DNA from: Sedimentibacter sp.
GTDB taxonomy: Bacteria; Bacillota; Clostridia; Tissierellales; Sedimentibacteraceae
DNA: 64,000 nucleotides
Direction: 5' to 3'
NCBI RefSeq assembly: GCF_033447055.1
Contig: NZ_JAWQJF010000061.1
Coordinates: 21,780-85,779, forward strand
Part shown: in pieces, positions 10,043 through 19,376 of the stretch
Layout of the letters: each line of letters begins with the position of its first letter
Numbering within the stretch: the stretch's first letter is position 1
Notes under the pieces: generated by a model
The model's input: the letters and a program-made list of their open reading frames with translations, nothing else
Told to the model about the DNA's origin: nothing
Database searches by the model: none
Program-made: the position numbers and the translations under genes

Positions 10043-10777
10043 TTACCTTCTTCGTCTTTGTTTTATACGAATTGGTTTGTGATTGTCAACAGTGTTTGAA
10101 ATTGTGTGATTTTCATTTGCAGATAGTTTTTGATTATTTTGGTTTTCTATATTTTCCGTTAAATTAATTTCATTTTTTAATTCAGTATTTGATAAATGGG
10201 ATTCTTCATTTTTTGACTGTTCAGTCGAATTTGATGCAAGGTTGTTTAAAAGAGGCATGAATGTTTCCATAAGACTGTTTAAATCAAAATTTTCGTTTCC
10301 TTCATCTTGATTGTCACCTGAAGCTTGATTAGCCATTGATGAAAGTATATCATTGATGTTGCCGTTCTTAAACATGTTCATAGCCATTGTTCCCATAATT
10401 TTATCCATATTATTTGATAAAAGTGGTTGAGTCAGCATTTTACCAACTGGAAGGTTACCGTTTTTTATTATTGCAGACATTTTTTCAACGGGTGATTTTG
10501 CATTTAAAGTTTCTATAGGTCTAAATGTTTGTGCTCTGTTTAGAAATGAGTACATGCCCAGAAGAGTGCTTACTTTTTCCATAGCAGGCAAATATGTATT
10601 TACTTTTGTCACTGTTTTTGATGATGTTAACGGTGCAAATGTGCGGACCATACTTATCATGTTCTCCACTTTATGAGGGTCTGTCATTAAAGAAGAAGCA
10701 ACATTTTTAGTGGATCCGGAAAGCTTTGAAACCATGCCCGGAAGTTGGCTACTACTAAATATGTACTTTGCAGCCAA
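10043..10777 (-). CDS. Hypothetical protein, possibly YqfQ-like; start uncertain
   Basis: 244 aa. The C-terminal third is low-complexity, N/E/S-rich and ends RIKQRRRR. The track start is a TTG with no RBS. The frame stays open to 10816, where GAAGGTGA sits (see findings). Confidence 0.6.
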   Translation of the reverse strand: MAAKYIFSSSQLPGMVSKLSGSTKNVASSLMTDPHKVENMISMVRTFAPLTSSKTVTKVNTYLPAMEKVSTLLGMYSFLNRAQTFRPIETLNAKSPVEKMSAIIKNGNLPVGKMLTQPLLSNNMDKIMGTMAMNMFKNGNINDILSSMANQASGDNQDEGNENFDLNSLMETFMPLLNNLASNSTEQSKNEESHLSNTELKNEINLTENIENQNNQKLSANENHTISNTVDNHKPIRIKQRRRR

Positions 10778-10952
10778 AGCATATAATAATATTTGAACAG
10801 GAATAATATCACCTTCTTAAATTAAGCATATTTAATATTATATTTTATTCAGCTGAAACGATTATGTTACATATTAAAAACAAAGGCACAAATTAAATAG
10901 TAATTTATTAACTGCCACAGCATATTATGTAATATGAAATGGAGGTAAATGA

Positions 10953-11267
10953 ATGGCTAATTTTTTTAAAAGTTTTGATGACAATGATATTGATAAAATA
11001 GCTGAAAACAAAGAATTCAAGAAAGTTGCAAATAATAAAAACATAAATGATTTTGTCAATAATAAGCAGTTTAAAGAATTTAGGGATAAATATGATGGTA
11101 AGACTGAAGAAGAAATACTTAATGATGCTAAAAATATGAGTAAAAAACTTAAAGAACAATATGGGGAACAGGAATACAACAAAAAACTTCAAGATCTTAA
11201 GAATTTTGAAATGTTCTTAAATCCTGAGCAAAAAAAGAAAATGAGAAAATTTTTGGAAAATCTATAA
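10953..11267 (+). CDS. Hypothetical small charged protein
   Basis: 104 aa, K/E/N-rich. Strong RBS ggaggt 6 nt before the ATG. No family recognised. Confidence 0.65.
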   Translation: MANFFKSFDDNDIDKIAENKEFKKVANNKNINDFVNNKQFKEFRDKYDGKTEEEILNDAKNMSKKLKEQYGEQEYNKKLQDLKNFEMFLNPEQKKKMRKFLENL

Positions 11268-11317
11268 TATTAAGTATCAAAAATTAAAATGCATCATCTG
11301 TATCAAGATTAAATTCT

Positions 11318-11345
11318 AAAAGGAGGAGGAAAACCTCCTTTTTAA
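11318..11345 (+). terminator. Intrinsic terminator
   Basis: aaaaggagg / cctcctttt stem (11318-11326 / 11334-11342) running into a T-run. Confidence 0.65.
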
Positions 11346-11366
11346 ATATAAAAAAATGCAAAAAAG

Positions 11367-11395
11367 TTGCGTAAAGCAATCTGCAGTAGTATAAT
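11367..11395 (+). promoter_or_regulatory. Sigma-A type promoter for tsaD
   Basis: TTGCGT (11367-11372), 17-nt spacer, TATAAT (11390-11395). Confidence 0.6.
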
Positions 11396-11423
11396 CTAGG
11401 CAATGTAAAACGTGGAGGATAAA

Positions 11424-12443
11424 ATGAAGGATAGCGTGTTAATACTTTCTATAGAATCATCTTGTGATGAAACGGCAGCAGCTGTAGTTGAAAATGGCAG
11501 AAATGTTTTATCAAATGTAATATCATCCCAAATAGAAATACATAAACAATTTGGTGGTGTTGTTCCAGAGGTAGCTTCGAGAAAGCATATTGAAAATATA
11601 AATGATGTTGTTTCAGAAGCATTAATTAATGCAAATGTAAGCTGTGAACAATTAGATGCTGTGGCAGTAACTTATGGTCCTGGATTAGTTGGAGCACTGT
11701 TAGTTGGCGTTAATTTTGCTAAAGGTTTGTCTTATGCATGGAACAAACCATTAATTGGGGTTAATCATATAGAAGGACATATAAGTGCCAATTATATAGA
11801 AAATAAAAATTTAGAGCCTCCTTTTATTTGTATGGTTGCGTCAGGAGGGCACACTCATTTAGTATATGTTAAAAATTACGGAGAATACGAAATACTTGGT
11901 AAAACAAGAGATGATGCTGCAGGGGAAGCCTTTGATAAAATTGCAAGAGCAATAGGGCTTGGCTATCCTGGAGGGCCATTGATTGATGAAATATCTAAAA
12001 GAGGGAACAAGGATGCTATAAAATTTCCAAGGGTTATTATTGATGATGATACTTTGGATTTCAGTTTCAGCGGCTTGAAATCAGCAGTTCTAAATTATAT
12101 CCATAACAGTGAGCAAAAAAACGAAAAGATTGTTATAGAAGATGTTGCTGCAAGTTTTCAGGAAGCAGTTGTAGATGTACTAGTTTTAAAAACAATTGAA
12201 GCTGCCCAAATTAAGAATTGCCATACTATTACACTTGCAGGGGGAGTTGCATCTAATTCCCGGTTGAGAGAAAGAATTATGGATGAATGTATCAGATTGA
12301 ATTATAAATTTACAAAACCATCACCTATTTTATGCACTGATAATGCAGCTATGATTGGTTGTGCAGGATATTATAAATATTTAAATAAACAATTTGCAGA
12401 TTCTTCATTAAATGCAATGCCAAATTTAGAACTTACAGAGTAA
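11424..12443 (+). CDS. tsaD: tRNA N6-adenosine threonylcarbamoyltransferase TsaD (Gcp/Kae1 family)
   Basis: Motifs [19 protein letters not shown] and GGVASN. Start set at ATG 11424, which follows GGAGGA; the track GTG at 11412 is less likely. Confidence 0.95.
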   Translation: MKDSVLILSIESSCDETAAAVVENGRNVLSNVISSQIEIHKQFGGVVPEVASRKHIENINDVVSEALINANVSCEQLDAVAVTYGPGLVGALLVGVNFAKGLSYAWNKPLIGVNHIEGHISANYIENKNLEPPFICMVASGGHTHLVYVKNYGEYEILGKTRDDAAGEAFDKIARAIGLGYPGGPLIDEISKRGNKDAIKFPRVIIDDDTLDFSFSGLKSAVLNYIHNSEQKNEKIVIEDVAASFQEAVVDVLVLKTIEAAQIKNCHTITLAGGVASNSRLRERIMDECIRLNYKFTKPSPILCTDNAAMIGCAGYYKYLNKQFADSSLNAMPNLELTE

Positions 12444-12456
12444 TCAACAGATTAAT

Positions 12457-12496
12457 AAAAAAAAGTATCAACAGCTGTGGATAAAGCTGTTGATAT
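12457..12496. terminator. Terminator between convergent tsaD and the ABC-F gene (U-tract on the minus strand)
   Basis: 11-12 bp stem gtatcaacagct / agctgttgata(t). The A9 run at 12456-12464 gives a T-run for minus-strand transcripts. Confidence 0.65.
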
Positions 12497-12546
12497 AGTA
12501 ATATTGCGAAAAAGTTATACACAGCTTACAAACAATACGTGGATAA
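12476..12546. promoter_or_regulatory. Cluster of three DnaA-box-like 9-mers
   Basis: TGTGGATAA (12476-12484) is the perfect reverse complement of TTATCCACA. TTATACACA (12515-12523) matches 8/9. CGTGGATAA (12538-12546) matches 8/9. Confidence 0.5.
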
Positions 12547-12551
12547 CTTTT

Positions 12552-14468
12552 TTAATTTTCTAGAATTTTTGTCCATTGATTATATAATATTTCCAATTCA
12601 TTTTTAGAAATGTTTAATTTTTCATTTAAATCTATAATTAGAACTTTGTCGTTATAAGTCGAAGGTTGACATAATTCATGTTCTAAATCAGAAATTTTAT
12701 TTTCATACATTTCAATTTGCTCTTCAAGTTTCTTTATAGTTTTTTCTCGTTGCTGTCGATCTCTGATGAATTCTCGCTCTTTTTTCTTTTCTGCATTAAT
12801 TTGTGTCTTTGTTTTTGAAACATTTACTTCATCGTCGGTTTCATCTAACTCAGCTTTCTTTTGTACATAGTAATCATAATTTCCTAAATACTGAAAAATT
12901 CCATCACTTGACATGTCATAAATTTTATTGGTTACTTTATTTAAAAAATATCTGTCGTGTGAAACTACAAGTACAGTACCTTCGTAATTTAACAGAGCAT
13001 CTTCTAAAATTTCTTTGGAGTCAATATCAAGATGGTTAGTTGGTTCATCCATTAACAAGAAGTTTGCATTTGATGTCATGAGTTTTAGAAGTGATAATCT
13101 GCCTTTTTCACCACCGCTTAAATCTCCGACAATTTTATACATATCATCACCGTTAAATAAAAACTGTGCGAGCATTGTTCTTATATCATAATAATTTAAT
13201 GTCGGGTTTTCATCCCATATTTCATCAATAACTGTATTTTCGCTGTTAAGGTTTGTTTGTTCCTGATCATAATAACCTGTATGGACATAATGTCCCAAAG
13301 TTACTGTTCCGTCATATTCCTTTAATTTGTCCGCAATTGCTTTTAAAAGCGTTGTTTTACCTATGCCGTTAGGACCTATTATTCCAACTCTTTCTCCTTT
13401 GTACACTTCCATTTCAATATTTTTAAATATTTGCAGATCACCGAAACTTACAGACATATTTTCTATTTTTAAAACATTTCTTCCACTGTTAATTTTAGGG
13501 GTAAATTTCAACTTAACCTTTTTACTTTCCCCAGAAGGTTTATCCATTTTTTTTATTTTATCCAGTGCTTTTTGTCTGCTGAAAGCCTGCCTTATATTTC
13601 GTTTGCTTCCATATGCATGAAGGCGGCGTATCATTTCTTCCTGTCTTTCTATTTCCTTTTCATATTCCTCATATTGTCTGATTTCTTGTTCAAGTTCAGT
13701 TTTTCTTTTTTTCATGAATTCAGTATAATTTCCATTGTAGGATTTTAAATTTGTATTTTCCATTAAGAAAATTTTGCTTACTGTATTGTCAAGGAAGTAT
13801 CTATCATGGGATATGATTATTACTGAACCTTTAAAATCTTTAATATATTTTTCAAGCCATGTAGTAGCTTCAATATCCAAATGATTTGTAGGTTCATCCA
13901 AAAGAAGTATGTCAGCTTTTTCCAGAAGAAGCTTTGCAAGCATTACTCTGCTTTTTTGCCCGCCGCTTAATAAATTTATTTGTTTATCAAATTCATTTTC
14001 AGAAAAACCAAGGCCTCTGAGAACTCCTTTAATTAAGCTCTTAAAACCGTATCCGTTTGCTTCTTCAAATTGTTCATTCATTTTTGCATAGGAGTTCATA
14101 AGTTCTTCAAGTTCAGATAGATCATCTTGTTCTGTAAAGCTGCTTATTTTATGAGATAAGTTGTGAAGTTCTGTTTCTAATTTAATCACATCATTAAAAA
14201 TAGTAAGCATTTCATCCATAATGCTCATATTGCTTTCTATATTAGTATTTTGCTTTAAATAACCTAGTTTTTTTCCTTTTGCTTTGAAAATTACACCCGA
14301 ATCCGGTTCTAAGTTTCCAGTCAATATATTAAACAAGGTAGTTTTTCCTGCTCCATTAAGACCTATTAATCCAACTTTTTCGTTGTCATTTACTGTAAAA
14401 GAAATATGTTCTATAATATTTTCAACTACATAGGCTTTTGAAACATCATTGCATGATAAAACTATCAT
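12552..14468 (-). CDS. ABC-F family ATPase (YdiF/Uup-like; no membrane domain)
   Basis: Two cassettes: GLNGAGKTT...LSGGQKSRV...LLLDEPTNHLD and GPNGIGKTT...LSGGEKGRL...LLMDEPTNHLD. They are joined by a charged linker, with a coiled C-terminal tail. Start set at ATG 14468 (RBS gaaaggaa). Confidence 0.92.
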   Translation of the reverse strand: MIVLSCNDVSKAYVVENIIEHISFTVNDNEKVGLIGLNGAGKTTLFNILTGNLEPDSGVIFKAKGKKLGYLKQNTNIESNMSIMDEMLTIFNDVIKLETELHNLSHKISSFTEQDDLSELEELMNSYAKMNEQFEEANGYGFKSLIKGVLRGLGFSENEFDKQINLLSGGQKSRVMLAKLLLEKADILLLDEPTNHLDIEATTWLEKYIKDFKGSVIIISHDRYFLDNTVSKIFLMENTNLKSYNGNYTEFMKKRKTELEQEIRQYEEYEKEIERQEEMIRRLHAYGSKRNIRQAFSRQKALDKIKKMDKPSGESKKVKLKFTPKINSGRNVLKIENMSVSFGDLQIFKNIEMEVYKGERVGIIGPNGIGKTTLLKAIADKLKEYDGTVTLGHYVHTGYYDQEQTNLNSENTVIDEIWDENPTLNYYDIRTMLAQFLFNGDDMYKIVGDLSGGEKGRLSLLKLMTSNANFLLMDEPTNHLDIDSKEILEDALLNYEGTVLVVSHDRYFLNKVTNKIYDMSSDGIFQYLGNYDYYVQKKAELDETDDEVNVSKTKTQINAEKKKEREFIRDRQQREKTIKKLEEQIEMYENKISDLEHELCQPSTYNDKVLIIDLNEKLNISKNELEILYNQWTKILEN

Positions 14469-14714
14469 ATTAGTATTCCTTTCTAAATAATTCATATAAC
14501 GCTATATGATTATATCAGTTTTAATTATGTTTATCAATTTGTTTTATTTTGATAAATGTTTAATATTCATCTTATCTAAAAGATGCATGTTTTCTTAAAT
14601 ACCTATAAGAAAAATTTTAATAATAGCAGCTAAATTTTAAAAATATTTACGATACCTTTTTTTTTGAATTTAAATGTGGTAGAATAAGAATAATTAATAT
14701 TTATGGAGGAATAT

Positions 14715-16061
14715 ATGGGTGAATTATTTGGAACAGATGGGGTCAGGGGCATTGCAAATGTTGATTTGTCATCTGAATTAGCTTATAAACTTGGACGTGT
14801 TGGAGGTTATTTTTTAACTAAGGGAAAAAAAAGACCTAAGATGGTAGTGGGAATGGATACAAGAATTTCAGGGGATATGCTGGAAGGTGCTTTGTCAGCT
14901 GGATTAAACTCAGTTGGAATTGATGTTTTATATCTTGGTATTTTGCCTACTCCTGCAGTTGCACGCATGATTAAAATATTGGAAGCTGACGGAGGGGTAA
15001 TGATTACTGCTTCTCACAATCCTGTAGAATACAACGGAATTAAATTTTTTAATGAAAAAGGATTAAAACTTACCGATGAAATTGAAAATTCAATTGAAGA
15101 ATACATAATCAACAATATCGATATAGATTATTTACCAGTTTCGGGAGAAGTGGGAAGAAAAATAAGAATTGAAAACCCTGTTAGAAAATACATGGATTTT
15201 TTGAAGGAAACGATTGATGTTGATTTCAAAGGTCTTAAGGTTGCTGTTGACTGCGGAAACGGGGCAGTTTACAAAGCAGCACCGGAGCTTCTTCATGAAC
15301 TTGGTGCACAAGTCTATGTACTACATAATGATCCAAATGGAATTAATATAAACGTAGACTGCGGCTCTACAAGGCCTGAAGAAATTCAAAAACTTGTACT
15401 TGAAACAGGAGCTGATATCGGTCTTTCATTTGATGGAGATGCAGACAGATTAATAGCGGCAGATGAAAATGGTAATATTGTTGATGGGGACCATGTTTTA
15501 GCAATATGTGGAATATCCATGAAAGAAAAAGGAATGTTAAAAAGCAATGCAGTTGTAGGAACTGTCATGACAAATATGGGTCTTGATATTTGCCTTGAAG
15601 GAAAAAATATAGATATTATTAAAACAAAAGTTGGAGACAGATATGTTCTGGAAGAAATGTTGAAAGGGCATCATTCAATAGGGGGGGAACAATCCGGACA
15701 TATAATTTTTCTTGATTACAACACCACAGGAGATGGACTGCTAACAGCAATACAGATTTTAAGTGTAATGAAGGAAAAAAACACCAAGCTTTCAAAACTT
15801 GCCAATGTCATGAAAGTAATGCCTCAAGTGCTTGTAAATGCTCGTGTCTCTGAAGATAAAAAGAAAGCATATTTAGAAGATGAAATGATAAAAAATAAAA
15901 TTGAAAAAATAGAAAAACACTTTGACGGAAAAGGCAGAGTTCTTATAAGACCTTCTGGTACTGAGCCTCTTGTAAGAGTTATGATTGAAGGGGAAGATTT
16001 AGAAGAATTAAAATTATATGCCAATGAATTGGCAGAATTAATAGAAGAAAGATTGAAATAA
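14715..16061 (+). CDS. glmM: Phosphoglucosamine mutase
   Basis: Motifs GTDGVRG, TASHNP, DGDADR and GGEQSGH. Start at ATG 14715 after GGAGGA. Confidence 0.95.
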   Translation: MGELFGTDGVRGIANVDLSSELAYKLGRVGGYFLTKGKKRPKMVVGMDTRISGDMLEGALSAGLNSVGIDVLYLGILPTPAVARMIKILEADGGVMITASHNPVEYNGIKFFNEKGLKLTDEIENSIEEYIINNIDIDYLPVSGEVGRKIRIENPVRKYMDFLKETIDVDFKGLKVAVDCGNGAVYKAAPELLHELGAQVYVLHNDPNGININVDCGSTRPEEIQKLVLETGADIGLSFDGDADRLIAADENGNIVDGDHVLAICGISMKEKGMLKSNAVVGTVMTNMGLDICLEGKNIDIIKTKVGDRYVLEEMLKGHHSIGGEQSGHIIFLDYNTTGDGLLTAIQILSVMKEKNTKLSKLANVMKVMPQVLVNARVSEDKKKAYLEDEMIKNKIEKIEKHFDGKGRVLIRPSGTEPLVRVMIEGEDLEELKLYANELAELIEERLK

Positions 16062-16125
16062 ACATACAAATTTGGAGCAGTTAATGAGAATCTATTATTC
16101 ATCAACTGCTTCATATTTTTCCAAT

Positions 16126-16626
16126 CTATTGTCCTAATGGTATTTTCATATATGGTATGTACATAAACTTTTCTTTTGGCTGACAATAAATTACTATTGA
16201 ATTCAATGTGTATTCAGGGTAGGGAACTAAAAGTTTTCCGGCTCTTTTTTTTATTTTTTCCAAATCAATTTTTCTGTTAGGTCTTTGTTTTGCAATAGTT
16301 AAATGGGGAGTATATCCTCTTTCTTCCTTCTGAAGATTTAATGATTCATAAATATTGTTGTATAAATTTATTAATTCAGGCGCTTCAACATTGACGAATA
16401 AAACACGATTGCCAAATTGCCCAAGATCATTTAATTTAATGTTAAATGCTTTTGTTTTTCTGCATACATCAATAACATCCTTAATAAATGAATCATCATC
16501 GGGAAGGGCAGGAGGCGGAACCAAAGTAATGTGTGGTTCAGTTGTTAAAAATCTAAATTCTGCACGAATCATTTCAATTTTATTTTTATAACTTTTTGGA
16601 ATTGGAACTCCAATGAAATATTTCAT
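16126..16626 (-). CDS. 2H phosphoesterase / 2'-5' RNA ligase (LigT) family protein
   Basis: Two H-x-T-x motifs (EPHITLVP and TPHLTIAK). Start moved to ATG 16626 (RBS gaaagga). Confidence 0.75.
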   Translation of the reverse strand: MKYFIGVPIPKSYKNKIEMIRAEFRFLTTEPHITLVPPPALPDDDSFIKDVIDVCRKTKAFNIKLNDLGQFGNRVLFVNVEAPELINLYNNIYESLNLQKEERGYTPHLTIAKQRPNRKIDLEKIKKRAGKLLVPYPEYTLNSIVIYCQPKEKFMYIPYMKIPLGQ

Positions 16627-16841
16627 ATAACTAATCCTTTCTGAAATAATAATATTACTATACAGTTTGATGACAAAGAATAATCGCTTAGTTTGTTTAT
16701 CTAATGACATAAATGTGTTTGTCAATAGTCTGAATAATATTATTATATTTTATATAATAAAATAATCAAGTGTTAAATAATAAATCATAATAAAAAATAA
16801 TGGCATAATAAATGTAATCAATAAGTACTAAGGATGATTTT

Positions 16842-17426
16842 ATGGACTATGGAAATTTTACGGATGTTTTTTTAAAATATGTTGAACAGGGTGGCCCGGC
16901 TGCAGGCGTACTGCTTCCTGTTATTGAAGCATTTATACCAATATTGCCGCTAGTGGGTTTTGTAATAATTAATGTAACTGTTTTTGGATTCTTCTTTGGA
17001 TATCTTTATTCTTGGATTGGAAATTGCATTGGTTCTTTTCTTTTGTTTGTTCTTATAAGAAAAGCAGGCAGCAATAAATTTGAGAAAAAAATTGAGAAAA
17101 GCAAATACAGAGCAACTTTGGAAAAAATTAAGAAGAAAAATCTTACAGTGATGTTTTTTCTTTATTGCTTTCCATTTACACCATCTTTTTTAATAAGTGG
17201 CACAGCTGCATTAACAAACATGAATACACAGCGGTTTCTTTTAACATTGCTTCCTTCAAAATTTGTAATGTTACTATCTCTTGCGTTCATAGGACAGAAT
17301 GTGAACTCATATTTTGAAAATCCTGCAAAATCAGTATTTTTTATAATATTTATATTGCTTGTTAATTTAATAAGCAAATATTTTCTTAAAAAATATGAAC
17401 AATACCATAGAAAATTGCCTCATTAA
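16842..17426 (+). CDS. TVP38/TMEM64 (DedA/SNARE-associated) family membrane protein
   Basis: 194 aa with about 5 hydrophobic spans in the typical arrangement. Its stop overlaps the stop of the convergent gene (ttaa, 17423-17426). Confidence 0.65.
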   Translation: MDYGNFTDVFLKYVEQGGPAAGVLLPVIEAFIPILPLVGFVIINVTVFGFFFGYLYSWIGNCIGSFLLFVLIRKAGSNKFEKKIEKSKYRATLEKIKKKNLTVMFFLYCFPFTPSFLISGTAALTNMNTQRFLLTLLPSKFVMLLSLAFIGQNVNSYFENPAKSVFFIIFILLVNLISKYFLKKYEQYHRKLPH

Positions 17427-19117
17427 AATGCTTCTAATTTTTTCTTTATTTCTTCTGTTAAGCTTAGAGATTTTGGATTGTTGAGTTTTTTTGCCAGTTC
17501 ATATGCTTTTTCACAATGAATTTTTGCATTTGCGTAATTTTCTTTCTCTATTTCAATTAAAGCTTTATGACATTCAGCAAAATCTCTGCCCCATATTACA
17601 TTATATTTATCAAAATATTCAATTGATTTATTTATGAAACTTTCCGCTTCTGCATATCTTCCCATATTATAAAGGGTTTGTCCTGCATTTGAATAGAAAA
17701 TCTCCATACCCTTAAACATTGAATTATCTAGGCATATATTTATTGCTTTAATAAAATAATCATATGCAATTTCATAATTTTCTAAATCTTTATTCATTTG
17801 TCCTAAATAATTGTAGCATGCTGAAATATTGATACTGTATTTGCTGTTAAAATTGTTTAAACTTGAAAAAATTTTGATTGATTCCATTAATACATTTGTT
17901 GCCTGTTTATAGTTTTCAGTTTTTATGTAGTAAAGACCTTTTAATCTTAAAATAATTCCTCTTTCTTCGATAATATCTTTTTTATCAAGGAGTTGAAGGC
18001 TTTTTACAATATAATCATTCATTATTTCATTGTTATCAACTTGTATGGCATAAAATATCATTTGCTTGTAATTGTTTAACAAATACATAATATTATCCAA
18101 TTTGTTTGCAAATTTAATGCTTATATAAATATTGTTTATTCCTTGTTCGTATTTTCCAATGGATATGTAGTATCTTCCTGCTAAATAAGATGCTTCCATT
18201 TTGATTTTTATATAATCAGTATCCAAATCATCTAAATTGTTTAAATCTTTCTCAATGTTTAAAAGTTCTGCTTCCACATTATATATTTCAGTAGAGTTAC
18301 ATGTTTTTATTGTTTCAGACGACAGTATAGGGTATGTTTCATGATATATTGTATAATAATCAGTTAAATTCTCAACTTTATTTTTCAGGTTGATGTAGTT
18401 GCTGTTTTGTTGATCATAATTAAATGTGTTTTTTAATTCTAATATTTCTTTGAACATTTTTTTTGTTCTCTGTTCTGGTTCAATTTCTAAATCCTGTTTC
18501 AAAATTTTAGTCAACTCATAATATAATTTTATTGACATATTGTAATTACCTGACAATGCAAATATCTTCATCAAGTATCTGTAAGTTTTTTCATTGTAAG
18601 GATCATTTTGTGTTAATATATTGCTGTATTTCTGGATGCTGATAAAATCTCCCACACTTACAAGTTCATTAACTTTATCGTAAATTGATTTTATATAAAT
18701 ATCCTTGTAATAATTCCTTTTTTCAAGCATCCAATTTTCAAAATCTCTGCAATTTTTTACCGAAAAATTCAACAGAAAATCTCCGATGTAAATATTTCGG
18801 GCATTTAGAATTGTAATATTGTCTATATCTGTTTCTACTAAAATTTCATCAGAAAATTCAATTACGGATTTTGATGATGCAAATATCGTGTCGCATACAT
18901 TTGTTTTAATTTTATATATGGCATCTCTTAAATTTTTACGCCCTGTTGTTTCATCTGAGTCAGTCCAAAACATATTTATTGCTTCTTCTCTTGGAACCCT
19001 TTTATTAACGCAGACATAATAAAATAAAGCCTCTGCTTTTTTATAAGGGAAAGATATTTTATTATTATTGAATTTAACTATAGGATTTCCAAGCATTTTT
19101 ACCGAAACAATATCCAT
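17423..19117 (-). CDS. SARP/BTAD-type transcriptional activator with C-terminal TPR repeats
   Basis: The N-terminus is a winged-helix-like segment (KMLGNPIVKFNNNKISFPYKKAEALFYYVCVNKRVPREEAINMFW...RKNLRDAIYKIK). A BTAD-like helical segment follows, then repeated TPR-like Y/A/L-rich motifs. Confidence 0.7.
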   Translation of the reverse strand: MDIVSVKMLGNPIVKFNNNKISFPYKKAEALFYYVCVNKRVPREEAINMFWTDSDETTGRKNLRDAIYKIKTNVCDTIFASSKSVIEFSDEILVETDIDNITILNARNIYIGDFLLNFSVKNCRDFENWMLEKRNYYKDIYIKSIYDKVNELVSVGDFISIQKYSNILTQNDPYNEKTYRYLMKIFALSGNYNMSIKLYYELTKILKQDLEIEPEQRTKKMFKEILELKNTFNYDQQNSNYINLKNKVENLTDYYTIYHETYPILSSETIKTCNSTEIYNVEAELLNIEKDLNNLDDLDTDYIKIKMEASYLAGRYYISIGKYEQGINNIYISIKFANKLDNIMYLLNNYKQMIFYAIQVDNNEIMNDYIVKSLQLLDKKDIIEERGIILRLKGLYYIKTENYKQATNVLMESIKIFSSLNNFNSKYSINISACYNYLGQMNKDLENYEIAYDYFIKAINICLDNSMFKGMEIFYSNAGQTLYNMGRYAEAESFINKSIEYFDKYNVIWGRDFAECHKALIEIEKENYANAKIHCEKAYELAKKLNNPKSLSLTEEIKKKLEAF

Positions 19118-19183
19118 TGATATCTCCTGCTTATGTAATTATTACTTAATTAATGATATAGTATATTTAGAAAATAATCAATG

Positions 19184-19219
19184 CAAAAAAATTATGCCTT
19201 ATAACGTATAAGGCATAAT
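19184..19219 (-). terminator. Intrinsic-terminator-like hairpin oriented toward the BTAD gene leader
   Basis: Perfect 13-bp stem attatgccttata / tataaggcataat (19191-19203 / 19207-19219). The A7 run at 19184-19190 gives U7 on the minus strand. Confidence 0.5.
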
Positions 19220-19376
19220 AAAATATTTATAAAAAAACAAGGGGGAGAATCAATAAGTATTAACTTATTAACTATATTTAGTATAAAGAAAAAAGCTTTA
19301 ACTAATCTTAAGCTTAGACGAATTATCGACGGATAATTATTATAATATTATTAACGATATAATTGGAGGTATTAAG

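Noticed and set aside
10908-11192. Two overlapping minus-strand ORFs (94 and 85 aa) opposite the 10953-11267 gene
   Set aside because: They are F/I/L/S-rich mirror images of a K/E/N-rich sense ORF that has a strong RBS. Spurious.
12444-12551. Possibility that the DnaA-box cluster is oriC
   Set aside because: There is no dnaA/dnaN, no AT-rich unwinding element arrangement and only three boxes. The convergent-gene context matches a secondary DnaA-box cluster rather than an origin.
19279-19295. TAG-TATA-AAG-AAAA-AAG, a possible HutP (NAG-N4)x3 site upstream of hutU
   Set aside because: Only one triplet is UAG. No second triplet set or adjacent terminator is evident. I could not place a promoter upstream of it with confidence. 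In A-rich sequence AAG repeats are expected by chance.
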